64,000 nucleotides of DNA from a virus (lineage: Duplodnaviria; Caudoviricetes): the IMG/VR virus record IMGVR_UViG_3300035428_000130, positions 1 through 64,000 of that record; one strand, given 5' to 3'. The notes below the pieces were generated by a model. The model searched no databases and was not told the origin of the DNA. It worked only from the letters and a program-made list of their open reading frames with translations. Position numbers and translations under genes: made by a program. Below are positions 20,921 through 30,161 of this stretch, one piece after another (the first letter of the stretch is position 1; each line of letters starts with the position of its first letter).

Positions 20921-21690
20921 TACTTTCCGCCTCCATCTTTTGTCCCAGCCTTGACCTGATCTACTCCAATAATCGGAAGCTGCTTTTGAAGTTCCTCCAG
21001 GAGCTTCCCAGCCGCCATAGGATCGGTGAGGTATGTGTTATAATCAACACTTGGCTTACTTCCATTACGTACATACTGCTTAATCAAAGCACTAACTGTC
21101 TTTCTGGCCTCGTCGCTATTCTCATGAATATCGAGATAGCCATGCACATGTGCGTCGATTTTGGTGACGATTTGACGTGTAACCGCAAGTTCGGCCTCCT
21201 GTTCGGCCTCTTCTTTTTGACTACGATACTTGTCAGGATCATCGTCAGGAGTTGCAATCTGGAAATACTGAGTCAGGAATTGCCGCTGTGCGTAAGTAAA
21301 AGCACCGCCTTGCGCCTGGGACGGATCAGATTGCTCGCCACAACTCGGCCATGGAACCTCTTTTGTCTCTCCAGACTCCACATCAATCCATGTCCAAATA
21401 ATCTCTTGGGAAACAACAAACTCATGGACTACTTCTTGAATTACAGTACCATCCTTCAAAACCTTTGGCTTTTCGTAATGGTCAGGTGTAATCTTCTGAG
21501 AGCCAGGTACATAATGCGGCTCCAAAAGAAGTTGTAGCTTATCCATACCTGCTTTAAGCTTTGCCAGCATTTCAACGATAGAAGGATAGGTGTATCCATA
21601 TCCTTTTTTGCTCTTTTTCACCACGTCCACATACTGCCGTAGCTCAAACAGTTTTCTATTCAAATTCATTGCGCTTGTGTCTTCAGCCAC
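20920..21690 (-). CDS. ERF-family ssDNA annealing protein
   Basis: KGYGYTY, QAQGGAFTYAQRQFL...IATPDDDPD. Confidence 0.85.
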   Translation of the reverse strand: MAEDTSAMNLNRKLFELRQYVDVVKKSKKGYGYTYPSIVEMLAKLKAGMDKLQLLLEPHYVPGSQKITPDHYEKPKVLKDGTVIQEVVHEFVVSQEIIWTWIDVESGETKEVPWPSCGEQSDPSQAQGGAFTYAQRQFLTQYFQIATPDDDPDKYRSQKEEAEQEAELAVTRQIVTKIDAHVHGYLDIHENSDEARKTVSALIKQYVRNGSKPSVDYNTYLTDPMAAGKLLEELQKQLPIIGVDQVKAGTKDGGGK

Positions 21691-22270
21691 TATGTTCCTC
21701 CATAAGATACGATGCTGTCATATCAGCAAGGTGCAATAGAACGGCCAATGGGCACATTTCATATGCCTTGCCACTTCCAAAATCTCCGCCCTTGACAGCA
21801 GAATCAAAACCGCCCATATGCCAGCGTATAGCATAAATCTCATCATCTGTCAGCTTCATGTACTTCATGAGGATAATGACAGACTTCTCTCCATGACCAA
21901 CAGGATATTGATCGTCCGTCTTATAAAACGGCTCTTTATGCCATTGACCCGTCTTCTCGTCTTTGACATTGCGGGAACTAACGGTATAATAGTTGACCTT
22001 GCACAAATCATGGAATAGTGCTGCTATGGCGAGGGACTCAGCAGAGATTTGATATTCTGAATGTATATTCGCCAGTTCTTTTAGGGCATCGTAGACATTT
22101 AAGGAATGCTCCAGAAGCCCACACTCATAGTTGCCATGGAAACGTGTACTGGCTGGTGCCGTATAGAAATCAGAGTTTTCCAGCCATTGCAGAAGACTAT
22201 CAATGCCCTCTCGCTTAATCTCGCTCTGGCAAATAGAAATAAACCGCTCTTTCAAATTTGCATCTTTCAT
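21683..22270 (-). CDS. HD-domain hydrolase
   Basis: APASTRFH, GLLEHS, HDLCK, GHGEKS, WHMG, AD. Confidence 0.88.
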   Translation of the reverse strand: MKDANLKERFISICQSEIKREGIDSLLQWLENSDFYTAPASTRFHGNYECGLLEHSLNVYDALKELANIHSEYQISAESLAIAALFHDLCKVNYYTVSSRNVKDEKTGQWHKEPFYKTDDQYPVGHGEKSVIILMKYMKLTDDEIYAIRWHMGGFDSAVKGGDFGSGKAYEMCPLAVLLHLADMTASYLMEEHSG

Positions 22271-22333
22271 TGTGCTTACCTATTGGAGAGCGGGCGGGCT
22301 ATACTATCCAGTACAGTCACGCCCTTTGTAAGA

Positions 22334-22822
22334 TCAGCCCAGAACAATGGTTGCCTCAATCTTGCCGGCGGGCGCATCGTTGACAAACAACCGCAGAAGC
22401 TCATCCAGGCCAATGCGCCGAGGCTGAGTGGGCTTACCTGGCTCCGCTGGAGCGGTTGTCATCGGCTTCTTGGAAGCAGCCTTTACCTTAGGAGATGCCG
22501 CCTCAGTCACAGGAGCCTTTGCAGTCTTCTTGGGCCGAATTGCCTTATCAAGACACTCCTGGAAGCTCTCATAAGGATGAAGTAGCTTCTTGGCACAGGC
22601 CATCGCCAGACCGACTTCCTCAGAAAAGGTGTCCTGCTCGTTGCAGCGAGCAACTGTCTTTGTCCCATCACTCCAATGCACGATGGTTGCGGGAGGGTTA
22701 AAGATCACCTGCCGCACCTCAGGCATAGGACTGGTGCTTACTGTGCCCTCCATCAACTCAGCCAGCGCAAGCCCAGCAAGAGGAATGGGGAACGGAATGG
22801 GAAATACATGGTTAGATTTCAT
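22334..22822 (-). CDS. Conserved phage hypothetical protein
   Basis: NPPATIVHWSDGTKTV...GLAMA; first gene after a strong promoter. Confidence 0.7.
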   Translation of the reverse strand: MKSNHVFPIPFPIPLAGLALAELMEGTVSTSPMPEVRQVIFNPPATIVHWSDGTKTVARCNEQDTFSEEVGLAMACAKKLLHPYESFQECLDKAIRPKKTAKAPVTEAASPKVKAASKKPMTTAPAEPGKPTQPRRIGLDELLRLFVNDAPAGKIEATIVLG

Positions 22823-22846
22823 TGTGTTTGCTCCTTCTTTTGAAAT

Positions 22847-22910
22847 ATGAATTAATTAATTTCATATCATAGAGAAAGCACTTCTGCGCCAATATGAATT
22901 AATTAATTAC
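22847..22910. promoter_or_regulatory. Repeated AT-rich motif, copies 3 and 4 (22847-22863, 22894-22910)
   Basis: ATGAATTAATTAATTTC and ATGAATTAATTAATTAC immediately downstream of the -10 box. Confidence 0.7.
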
Positions 22911-22917
22911 TAATGAT

Positions 22918-22945
22918 AGTATAGCAGATTTTTGAGATTTGTCAA
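22918..22945 (-). promoter_or_regulatory. SigA-type promoter driving the replication operon
   Basis: TTGACA-16 bp-TATACT with extended TG. Confidence 0.75.
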
Positions 22946-22959
22946 GCGATTTTCAGAAA

Positions 22960-23152
22960 TTATTCCAACTTTTCAATCAAGCAAATCCCAATATTTGAGG
23001 CTGTAATAGTCGGGCAAATTTCTCCACTCTCTTGTACCCGACCACGCCTTGTTTTGCTTTGAGGGTAAGAAAGGTCAACAACCCCCCCCCACCCGGCATT
23101 CAATAAAGCCTTGCTTCGTGGCCTGTTTAATCAGCACTGTCTCGTCGTTCAT
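22960..23152 (-). pseudogene. Stand-alone C5-MTase target-recognition (TRD-like) module, OFF at G9
   Basis: G8 at 23082-23090 gives MNDETVLIKQATKQGFIECRVGGVVDLSYPQSKTRRGRVQESGEICPTITAS...; G9 stops early. Confidence 0.7.
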
Positions 23153-23907
23153 AAACTACTCCTGGCGGATTGCCATGGATTTGCGCTCGTAATGTCGGAC
23201 AGTCTTCCTTAATCACACAGCGCTTGCCAACCCGCCCTTGGGGATCAACAATACCTAATGGTGTTTCCGACTCTGCCTGTACTCTATACCATCCAGTCTT
23301 TGCACCCCCCCTCCAGCCTCAGCTTTCAGGGCGCGAGCAATGGTATTCCCATTATAAATACGGTTTGCATCTCCGTTATAACCGTTTATGTAACCAAGTT
23401 GTTCAAGCTCCAAATTCTGAGCTGGGGCAATAGTAGCTGTACTGTCTGGTGTAGCATTGTTCAAACGCTGCAAAGCTTTCTCAAATGCTCCAATTCCACT
23501 AAAAAACGAGCCTACCTCAATGTCTTCAAACAAATACGGCATAGCTTTATACAGCTCTTCCATAATATGCTGAAGCACATCGACAACAATAGAATTGCCA
23601 GCCTGTTTATATAGCTGAGAACCAGACCGATCCTTGCCGTCATACAGCTTTTCATTCATTCTGTCTCTGGCCCGTTCATAATCGAGGTCATCAAACCCCA
23701 TTAATCTCCAGCATTCTTTTTGTGTAAGCTTCCTCACACGATAGGCTGGCCGCTTTGTAATACTCATATCTTCCAATTGTGTATCATTCGCCTCCATAAC
23801 TAATTGTCTCCGTTTCTTTTCAAGATACTGTTCAATTGTAGTGCCCTTATAATAATTGGCATCAATACAATATGATACGGGGGGGTGGAGAAGATAACGT
23901 TATTCAT
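23127..23907 (-). CDS. C5-cytosine MTase subunit with motifs IX-X-I and flanking TRD-like modules; two frameshifting tracts (in-frame core 23255-23797)
   Basis: RKLTQKECWRLMGF, YKQAGNS, FFSGIGAFE; C8 at 23879-23885 adds SYCIDANYYKG, G8 at 23305-23311 adds GGGGAKTGWY...CPTLRAQ. Confidence 0.8.
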
Positions 23908-24778
23908 TTTTTACAATCACACCTGTCATTTGTTGATTTCCAAAACCCTTATAATCTCTCGCTAACAGCGTCATTGCTGTGTCGCTTAATCCATCGAACT
24001 GACTACCTTTTTTACTCAACTTCACTCCGCTCTGTAACCAAGTCCCAGGAGTGTCGGTCTGTTGATCCCCGTCCGCTGCTTCTAACTGTGTTAGTGATTG
24101 CGCGAAGCGGGGGGGGGCGATAAGCTGAGCTACCTTATCATCGCTCAGATAATAGCGCTCATCAACATTGGTTTCAAGCATATCTGGCAACGACTTTTTC
24201 AAAGGCAGAGGTTCTGGAAATTTGAATTGACCGTTATCTAAGTCTTTACGAATGATGACACAATAAACCCGCTCTCTGTTCTGAGGAATACCATAGTGTT
24301 TTGCATTGAGTACCTGCCAATAGACATTATAGCCGTAGTCCTCCAGCTCCTTCACGAATAAATCAAAGGTCTGGCGAAAACGTGCGCCTACAATATTTTT
24401 AACGTTCTCATAGATGGCAAAACGGGGCTTCTTTTCTCTGAGAAAACGCAACCATTCAGCAAGCAACGATGATCGGGTTTTGTCAATTTCTGTTGATCCG
24501 CATTGGGGACATTTATCACGTTCTGCATAGTGGGCTTCCAAGGGGTTATATGTATGGCCGCAAGTTCTACATGTCCATGCTACCCCCCCCTGCTTGCCCG
24601 CTATCGAGAAGTCCTGACAAGGGCTTCCGCCAAACATTACATTGAAATCAGGCACTTTCTTTTCGTCAGCCTTAGTAATATCTCCAATGTTAAGTGACGG
24701 ATTTACACCATGAACCGCACAATAGCTTTCTGCGGCATACTTGTCAAACTCGCAGAACAAGACAGTTTTGAAATCTAT
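23900..24778 (-). CDS. C5-cytosine MTase catalytic subunit (motifs II-VIII + TRD), probable ATA start
   Basis: CEFDKYA, GGSPCQDFS, ENV, PQNRERVY; no motif I; G8 at 24583-24590 and C9 at 24109-24117. Confidence 0.88.
   Translation of the reverse strand: MDFKTVLFCEFDKYAAESYCAVHGVNPSLNIGDITKADEKKVPDFNVMFGGSPCQDFSIAGKQGGVAWTCRTCGHTYNPLEAHYAERDKCPQCGSTEIDKTRSSLLAEWLRFLREKKPRFAIYENVKNIVGARFRQTFDLFVKELEDYGYNVYWQVLNAKHYGIPQNRERVYCVIIRKDLDNGQFKFPEPLPLKKSLPDMLETNVDERYYLSDDKVAQLIAPPRFAQSLTQLEAADGDQQTDTPGTWLQSGVKLSKKGSQFDGLSDTAMTLLARDYKGFGNQQMTGVIVKNE
24109..24117 (-). repeat. C9 tract selecting alternative MTase C-termini
   Basis: G9 on the + strand; all three frames translated by hand. Confidence 0.75.
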
Positions 24779-24794
24779 AAAAATTCCTCCTTAT

Positions 24795-25535
24795 CTAAAT
24801 GGGTACACAAGTTGGCATTGGAGAAAGCTTGTGAAGATTGCGCAGATGTAATGTTAGAATCTTTGCATCAACATCTTCACTGCCAGACGTTCCATACATA
24901 ATATAGTCATCAAGCTGGGTATAGGTAAAACCTAAGTTGTCCTCATCGGTTTTTCCACACAGCCCGTCAGATGGAACTTTGTCTACCAAATCGGTAGGAA
25001 GTCCAAGCTCGTGGCCGATTTGAATAACTTCATGCACCATCAAATTGGCAAGGGGACTAAAATCGCCAGCACTGTCACCATATTTGGTAGAATAACCTAC
25101 ATAATCCTCAGAGCAGTTACAAGTGTTGGCAACACGTCCGCCATTAGGCAAAGATTGAGAAATCGCATAGAGCATTGCCATACGGATACGAGCAGGCAAG
25201 TTCACCTTCGTTTGCTCCTTGACATCCATATAGACATCAATTTGGTCGATCATGCGCTGTACTTCATGGGAGATGTTGGTGTAAATGTATCGGATTCCTA
25301 AGTGCTGAATCAACCGTTTACTATCATCCAAATCTGATTGCTCACCGTTTGGCATCATTACCCCTACTACACGATTTTTGCCAAGCGCTTCTACGCAAAG
25401 TGTAGCAACAATACTGGAATCCTTACCACCGGAAATGCCGACTACAGCATCGCAAGTAGGGCCGTTCTCCTTAAAATAATCTCGTATCCAATTGACAATA
25501 TAGTCTTTTGTCCGTTTAGGGTTTCCCAACATCAA
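24795..25535 (-). CDS. nadE: NH3-dependent NAD+ synthetase
   Basis: GISGGKDSS, NLPARIRM, SE..VGYSTKYGD, KVPSDGL, TDEDNLG. Confidence 0.93.
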   Translation of the reverse strand: MMLGNPKRTKDYIVNWIRDYFKENGPTCDAVVGISGGKDSSIVATLCVEALGKNRVVGVMMPNGEQSDLDDSKRLIQHLGIRYIYTNISHEVQRMIDQIDVYMDVKEQTKVNLPARIRMAMLYAISQSLPNGGRVANTCNCSEDYVGYSTKYGDSAGDFSPLANLMVHEVIQIGHELGLPTDLVDKVPSDGLCGKTDEDNLGFTYTQLDDYIMYGTSGSEDVDAKILTLHLRNLHKLSPMPTCVPI

Positions 25536-27046
25536 AAATCACCCCCATGAAGATTCTGACGAACTTCATCCAAAGTATAGACTTTTAAGAGTTTACCATT
25601 TTTGAAGACGGTTTTAAGCTCGTTGTTATCCTGTGCTTCTTCCCAAGTCAGCCCATCTTCATAGGTATACTCATCACCATCCTTGGACACTCGACAACAA
25701 CCCCGTTGAGATTTCTTGAAATGCCCACTATCAGTCTTAGGATTTTTGAAAATCATAATGGATTTGCCGTCTATATCCTTAGCATAGGTGGCTTTAACAG
25801 CAATTCCAAATGTATCACGGGTAAAAGGAGCATACTGAACAGACTGCACCAAGCCAGAATTGTCGAGTGGATTAGCCTCCCAATGCTCCAAACATTGCAT
25901 GGAGAAGGAACCCACGCCAAGAGAGACGTTATTAATGGCAAACCCATTGTTCATCAGGATCTGATAGATTCGTTCGCACCGCTGCGGTGTAATGCTATCG
26001 CCATATAGCGCCTTGACATGAGGATTCAGAACCTTAAACCCCCTACTATTTACGGTGCCGCCGAAGATATCCCACAGCTTAAAAACAGTCTGTGTTACAA
26101 TCTGAACAGGATCTCCGCTATCGCCACGAACAGCAAGGCAGCCATCGTGCGCCAGCACATCTTCTTTAATCTCTGGCAAAATGACATTGACCAAATTCCA
26201 ATAGTCATAGCTATCGCTTACCATGGAAAAATTCTGGTGAGGATAAATCTCTTTCAGCAAACGCCGAATGTGTGTCACCTCATCGCCATCAATAGCGAAG
26301 TTGGAACACATAACACTATGTTCGGTAGACAAAGCGCCGTAGGCTACCTGGTCATACTCCACACGGCAAGCGTAATTGTGTTCCAACCAAAGAATAGCGG
26401 GGACTGTAGCCGTATTAAGAAAGCTGAGACAAAACGCAGCGGAGCTTTTAGTTGCGCTTTCTACACTCTCTTGCCCACGCATAGAAAAATCTCCTAAGAG
26501 CTTGGCTCGCACTACGCTGTCATCACAAGTCAGCTCTGCATACTTATTGACGATCTGCCGATAACGATAGCCAACTTCTGCCGAAATCTGGGTATGCCAC
26601 ATAGTACAAGACAGCATAGTCTCGATGGAATTGACCAGCCACACAAATCGAGGGTTGGTGTTGGATATCTCAATTTGAGGCACCTTGATATTGGTGCGGG
26701 CACCCTCTGGAACAGCACGAATCTCCAAAGGCAAGTAGCCCAATCTATGAAGAGCTGCCACACGGCCTCTGCCTACACCGTTTGTATCAATAGTGTTTTT
26801 AAGAATCCGCTCATACTCTTCAAGCACCACGTCCAATGAACGGTTAAAGAAGTTGGTATTGAACGCTTCAATCAAGTATTCCTGAATGAACGCCTGAAGA
26901 CCAAACATCGTAATCTTATCGACATCTTCCAGACGGGTCATACGTGGCGTATAATAAGACACCATTTTTGTTAGTGTCGCCGGATACTGGCCTGCATGTG
27001 CTGTTTTGTAGAAATCCAGACACAGCAAAGGATTGTATGAAATCAT
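25532..27046 (-). CDS. Nampt-family nicotinamide/nicotinate phosphoribosyltransferase (Namat-like)
   Basis: LDFYK, DFSMRG, STEHS, VSDSYD, RGDSG, YGDSI, RDTFGIAVKAT, KKSQRG. Confidence 0.9.
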   Translation of the reverse strand: MISYNPLLCLDFYKTAHAGQYPATLTKMVSYYTPRMTRLEDVDKITMFGLQAFIQEYLIEAFNTNFFNRSLDVVLEEYERILKNTIDTNGVGRGRVAALHRLGYLPLEIRAVPEGARTNIKVPQIEISNTNPRFVWLVNSIETMLSCTMWHTQISAEVGYRYRQIVNKYAELTCDDSVVRAKLLGDFSMRGQESVESATKSSAAFCLSFLNTATVPAILWLEHNYACRVEYDQVAYGALSTEHSVMCSNFAIDGDEVTHIRRLLKEIYPHQNFSMVSDSYDYWNLVNVILPEIKEDVLAHDGCLAVRGDSGDPVQIVTQTVFKLWDIFGGTVNSRGFKVLNPHVKALYGDSITPQRCERIYQILMNNGFAINNVSLGVGSFSMQCLEHWEANPLDNSGLVQSVQYAPFTRDTFGIAVKATYAKDIDGKSIMIFKNPKTDSGHFKKSQRGCCRVSKDGDEYTYEDGLTWEEAQDNNELKTVFKNGKLLKVYTLDEVRQNLHGGDF

Positions 27047-27071
27047 TGTCCGATTCCCTCTTTTCATTGAA

Positions 27072-27857
27072 TTATTTACAAATGGTAATCTTATCATGAC
27101 TGATACGCAAGATACTGTCTGTAGTAAACACATGAGAAATAAGGCCGTCAGTCAAAACAGTCCCGTCTAAGATTGTATTCTCACAATGAGTAACATACAG
27201 TAGAATCTTTTCAGCGCCAGCCGCTTTCAACGCTTTGGCCGTATATGTAAAGGTGCCGCCGCGAGAACAGATATCGTCCACGATCAGGATGTTTCTACCA
27301 GCAACCTTCTCGGGAGTTGTCAGTTCCGTTCGCTCAATTTTACCAGTACGCCAATCACGGTGCTTAATACAGAAGACATATTCCATAGGAATCATCTCAG
27401 AATACCGCTTGGCAGCTCCCTCGTCTGGATAACACAACAAAGAATTCATTTCCTGGCTTACCATAAACTGAATCGGCTGGTTGATGTAGTATTTCACATC
27501 CATGACCTTTACGTTGTTAATGAGCGCCGTCGCCACATTTGAGTGTGGATCAAGCACACGGACAAGTCTGAAATTGAGTGAATTGATGAAATCAGCAAAC
27601 CATTTAAGTGTGAAAACTTCGTCGCTGTTTTTCACCCGATCCATTCTGGCGTTTGGAATATACGGCATATTCAAATACAAATCGTCAATGCCCATAGCTC
27701 TCAAGTGTTTTACCAAATACAGGAGGTGCATACATTCGGCATCGTTGTCGTACTTCCAACTAATGTTACAAGTACCCGCCTCCAAGCCAAAACGAAATGA
27801 CGATGTACCATCAGGAAAATTGGTGAAATTGACGTTTCTTCCATTGACAAGAATCAT
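27072..27857 (-). CDS. prs: Ribose-phosphate pyrophosphokinase homolog (Prs/Adps-like)
   Basis: FPDG, PYIPNARMDR, DPHS, PDEGA, VDDICSRGGTF. Confidence 0.88.
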   Translation of the reverse strand: MILVNGRNVNFTNFPDGTSSFRFGLEAGTCNISWKYDNDAECMHLLYLVKHLRAMGIDDLYLNMPYIPNARMDRVKNSDEVFTLKWFADFINSLNFRLVRVLDPHSNVATALINNVKVMDVKYYINQPIQFMVSQEMNSLLCYPDEGAAKRYSEMIPMEYVFCIKHRDWRTGKIERTELTTPEKVAGRNILIVDDICSRGGTFTYTAKALKAAGAEKILLYVTHCENTILDGTVLTDGLISHVFTTDSILRISHDKITICK

Positions 27858-27858
27858 C

Positions 27859-28404
27859 TTAGCCCTCCCAATTCTCTACATTGATTTGACACATCTTCAT
27901 AACCGCCAGAGCATTGGCATGACTCTCAGGAGTTACACCAGCACAACAAGCTGCATCAACGGTAATCTTAGCTTCTGGCAGAAAAGCCCTGAGAAGCAAT
28001 GCGTTGGAAATCACGCAGATGTCGGTACAAAGGCCGACCAGAACGATCTCGTCAATATGCCATGCCGTTTTGCTTTTGATGTGTAGGTATTCACCCAGCT
28101 CGGCAGAGCCAAACGTCTTCTTTTCAAATGTAGAAGACCACGCTCCATTGTCCAGAAGAGCATTGAAAAGGACATCGGGAACACACCACCCAGAAGTTTT
28201 CTTAATGCAATGCTCAACGGGAAGCAGTTTTCCCTCTTGCGTTTTCAGGTAGTCCTTATCATGGGTATCCATGGTCAAAACGATTTCGCCATAAGATTCC
28301 TTGGCCTTTTCGATAACCTTAGGCAAAATTGCCTGTGCTTCTTTGGTTCCAAGTGCGCCGTCGATGAAATCATTTTGCATATCAACGATAACTAAAACTT
28401 TCAT
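27859..28404 (-). CDS. pncA: Nicotinamidase (isochorismatase family)
   Basis: VDMQNDF, DTH, HC, K, GLCTDICV (D-K-C triad). Confidence 0.85.
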   Translation of the reverse strand: MKVLVIVDMQNDFIDGALGTKEAQAILPKVIEKAKESYGEIVLTMDTHDKDYLKTQEGKLLPVEHCIKKTSGWCVPDVLFNALLDNGAWSSTFEKKTFGSAELGEYLHIKSKTAWHIDEIVLVGLCTDICVISNALLLRAFLPEAKITVDAACCAGVTPESHANALAVMKMCQINVENWEG

Positions 28405-29153
28405 TTTGCAGCAACCCCTTTTATTTTTTCGCTTGCAAATCGTTTTTCCAGCTCAAAAATCCCTTTTGGCTGTCCCTTATAGTAGCCTTTGAATGGCCGC
28501 TGGATTTGATGCTGAAGACATTTCAACTTCTCCCAATATGATGGAAGATGTTGATATATGTTTCTTAGTTCTGTCAGGTTTTTGTTACAACAGCACCAGC
28601 AAGAAACACGACTAAGTACAGTATATAAGTCGATCTGACCAGCGGGAGTATCTTCATACCAATGCCAGCCTCGATCATAACAGTAATTCAAACAATCTTG
28701 CTCTGTCATTCCCCAAGTAACAAGCGGAAACGTCTTTCCCTCAGACTTTGCCTTTTCAAACCGCTTTGGTTCGTCTGCGGCGATCCCTACATAATCCACA
28801 ACCATATCACCCAAGGATTGTTTGAATTTCTTTATGGCTTTGAGTTTGTCAGTTGTTCCCCAACGACATAGACCGCCACACCAACCATAACCATAGTGTG
28901 TTCCTTTTTGCTTGCTTTGCACCTTGCGTTCAAGCATTGAATACAAAAACGGTTCCTGAGGTTTCAGTTCGACATAAGCAATTCCGTTTTGCTTTAGCCA
29001 AGGCTTGATCTTATCTCTGATACGATAGATTGCCTCAAATTCCATTTCTGTGTCATAAAACAGAACAATATCCAGCGGCCATTTTTCCTCTACCAGCCGC
29101 AATAACATGGCGAGAGAGTCCTTGCCAAAACTTACACTTGCGATGTGCTTCAT
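28401..29153 (-). CDS. PAPS-reductase-family (PP-loop, Fe-S) protein
   Basis: SFGKDS, WCGGLC, GIAADE, RVSCWCC. Confidence 0.8.
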   Translation of the reverse strand: MKHIASVSFGKDSLAMLLRLVEEKWPLDIVLFYDTEMEFEAIYRIRDKIKPWLKQNGIAYVELKPQEPFLYSMLERKVQSKQKGTHYGYGWCGGLCRWGTTDKLKAIKKFKQSLGDMVVDYVGIAADEPKRFEKAKSEGKTFPLVTWGMTEQDCLNYCYDRGWHWYEDTPAGQIDLYTVLSRVSCWCCCNKNLTELRNIYQHLPSYWEKLKCLQHQIQRPFKGYYKGQPKGIFELEKRFASEKIKGVAAK

Positions 29154-29283
29154 ACTGACCACAACCGAATCCGGCTGAGGTCAACTGCCTAATCCTCCCA
29201 TGCTCGCTTGCGCTCACGCTGTAACAGGCAGCTTTACCATGCACTTATCAATCTTACATGAACCTGGTTTACCAGGATTGGTA

Positions 29284-29559
29284 TTAGCTCCTTCCGTTGT
29301 TATTATTTGTCTGTGAACTCTTGAAGTAACGTCCGATTGTTGCCAATGTTGCGCAGGCCAGAGGAATAAAATCTGGTGTGAAACGTGTCGTGTCAAACAT
29401 CAGGTTCATGCCAGCGGCAATTGTGTCGCCCACACACATTTTCAGTAGTACCCCCCCCACCCACGCAAGGCCGAAGGTGATAACTGGACTAAACACCAGC
29501 AGTCCAATTACTCCCACGATAATTGTGAGAACGCCCACAGTTTCTAACTTATCTTTCAA
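29284..29559 (-). CDS. Small membrane protein with an in-frame G8 tract (29451-29458)
   Basis: AAGGAGG RBS, TTG start, hydrophobic segments. Confidence 0.6.
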   Translation of the reverse strand: MKDKLETVGVLTIIVGVIGLLVFSPVITFGLAWVGGVLLKMCVGDTIAAGMNLMFDTTRFTPDFIPLACATLATIGRYFKSSQTNNNNGRS

Positions 29560-29622
29560 TGCACAGTCCTCCTTATGATTTTGTAGGGATCTATTATAGC
29601 TACCCGACTTCAACTTCATCTG

Positions 29623-30149
29623 CTAACTGCATTTTGAAATTTCTTCAAACACAATTTGCTTTGGAAGCATTTTATGACAGACATAAACACTGCTAAATGG
29701 TGGATTAAGCGATGGCTTTTGTTCTGCATAGTCTTTGAAATATGATATACGTTTGTTCATATACATAATTTCAAATTCATTCTCCTTGAACATGTCAAAC
29801 CGTGCCTTGCTTTCAAAAAGCCCTACCACACCGACCAACATAGCAAATGGAATATTAAGATCGAATAGCTTTTGTAGCACAGCTCCTTTTAAGGAGTAGG
29901 GCGGATTGCTAATTATGTAGTCACACTTCGGTGGTTCATGCGTAAAGAAATCCTGCCCGCTGGAAATATGTGTAGCAATCACTGTATATCCAAGTTCCTG
30001 AAATCGTTTTACAAACAAGCTATCCTCTGTATCAAAAGGGCACCAAATTACTGCGGGGGGGGTGCAAGATACTTCTCAATAGGAGCAATTGCATAGGCTG
30101 GTGTGTAAAACTCATCATTTCCACTGCCAGCAACTTTATCCATTTTCAT
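29623..30149 (-). pseudogene. Small adenine MTase, frameshifted (OFF) at C8
   Basis: NDEFYTP...APPPQ* upstream, WCPFD...DFF...ISNPPYS downstream; C9 or C6 at 30055-30062 restores the frame. Confidence 0.85.
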
Positions 30150-30161
30150 CAAATACCACCT

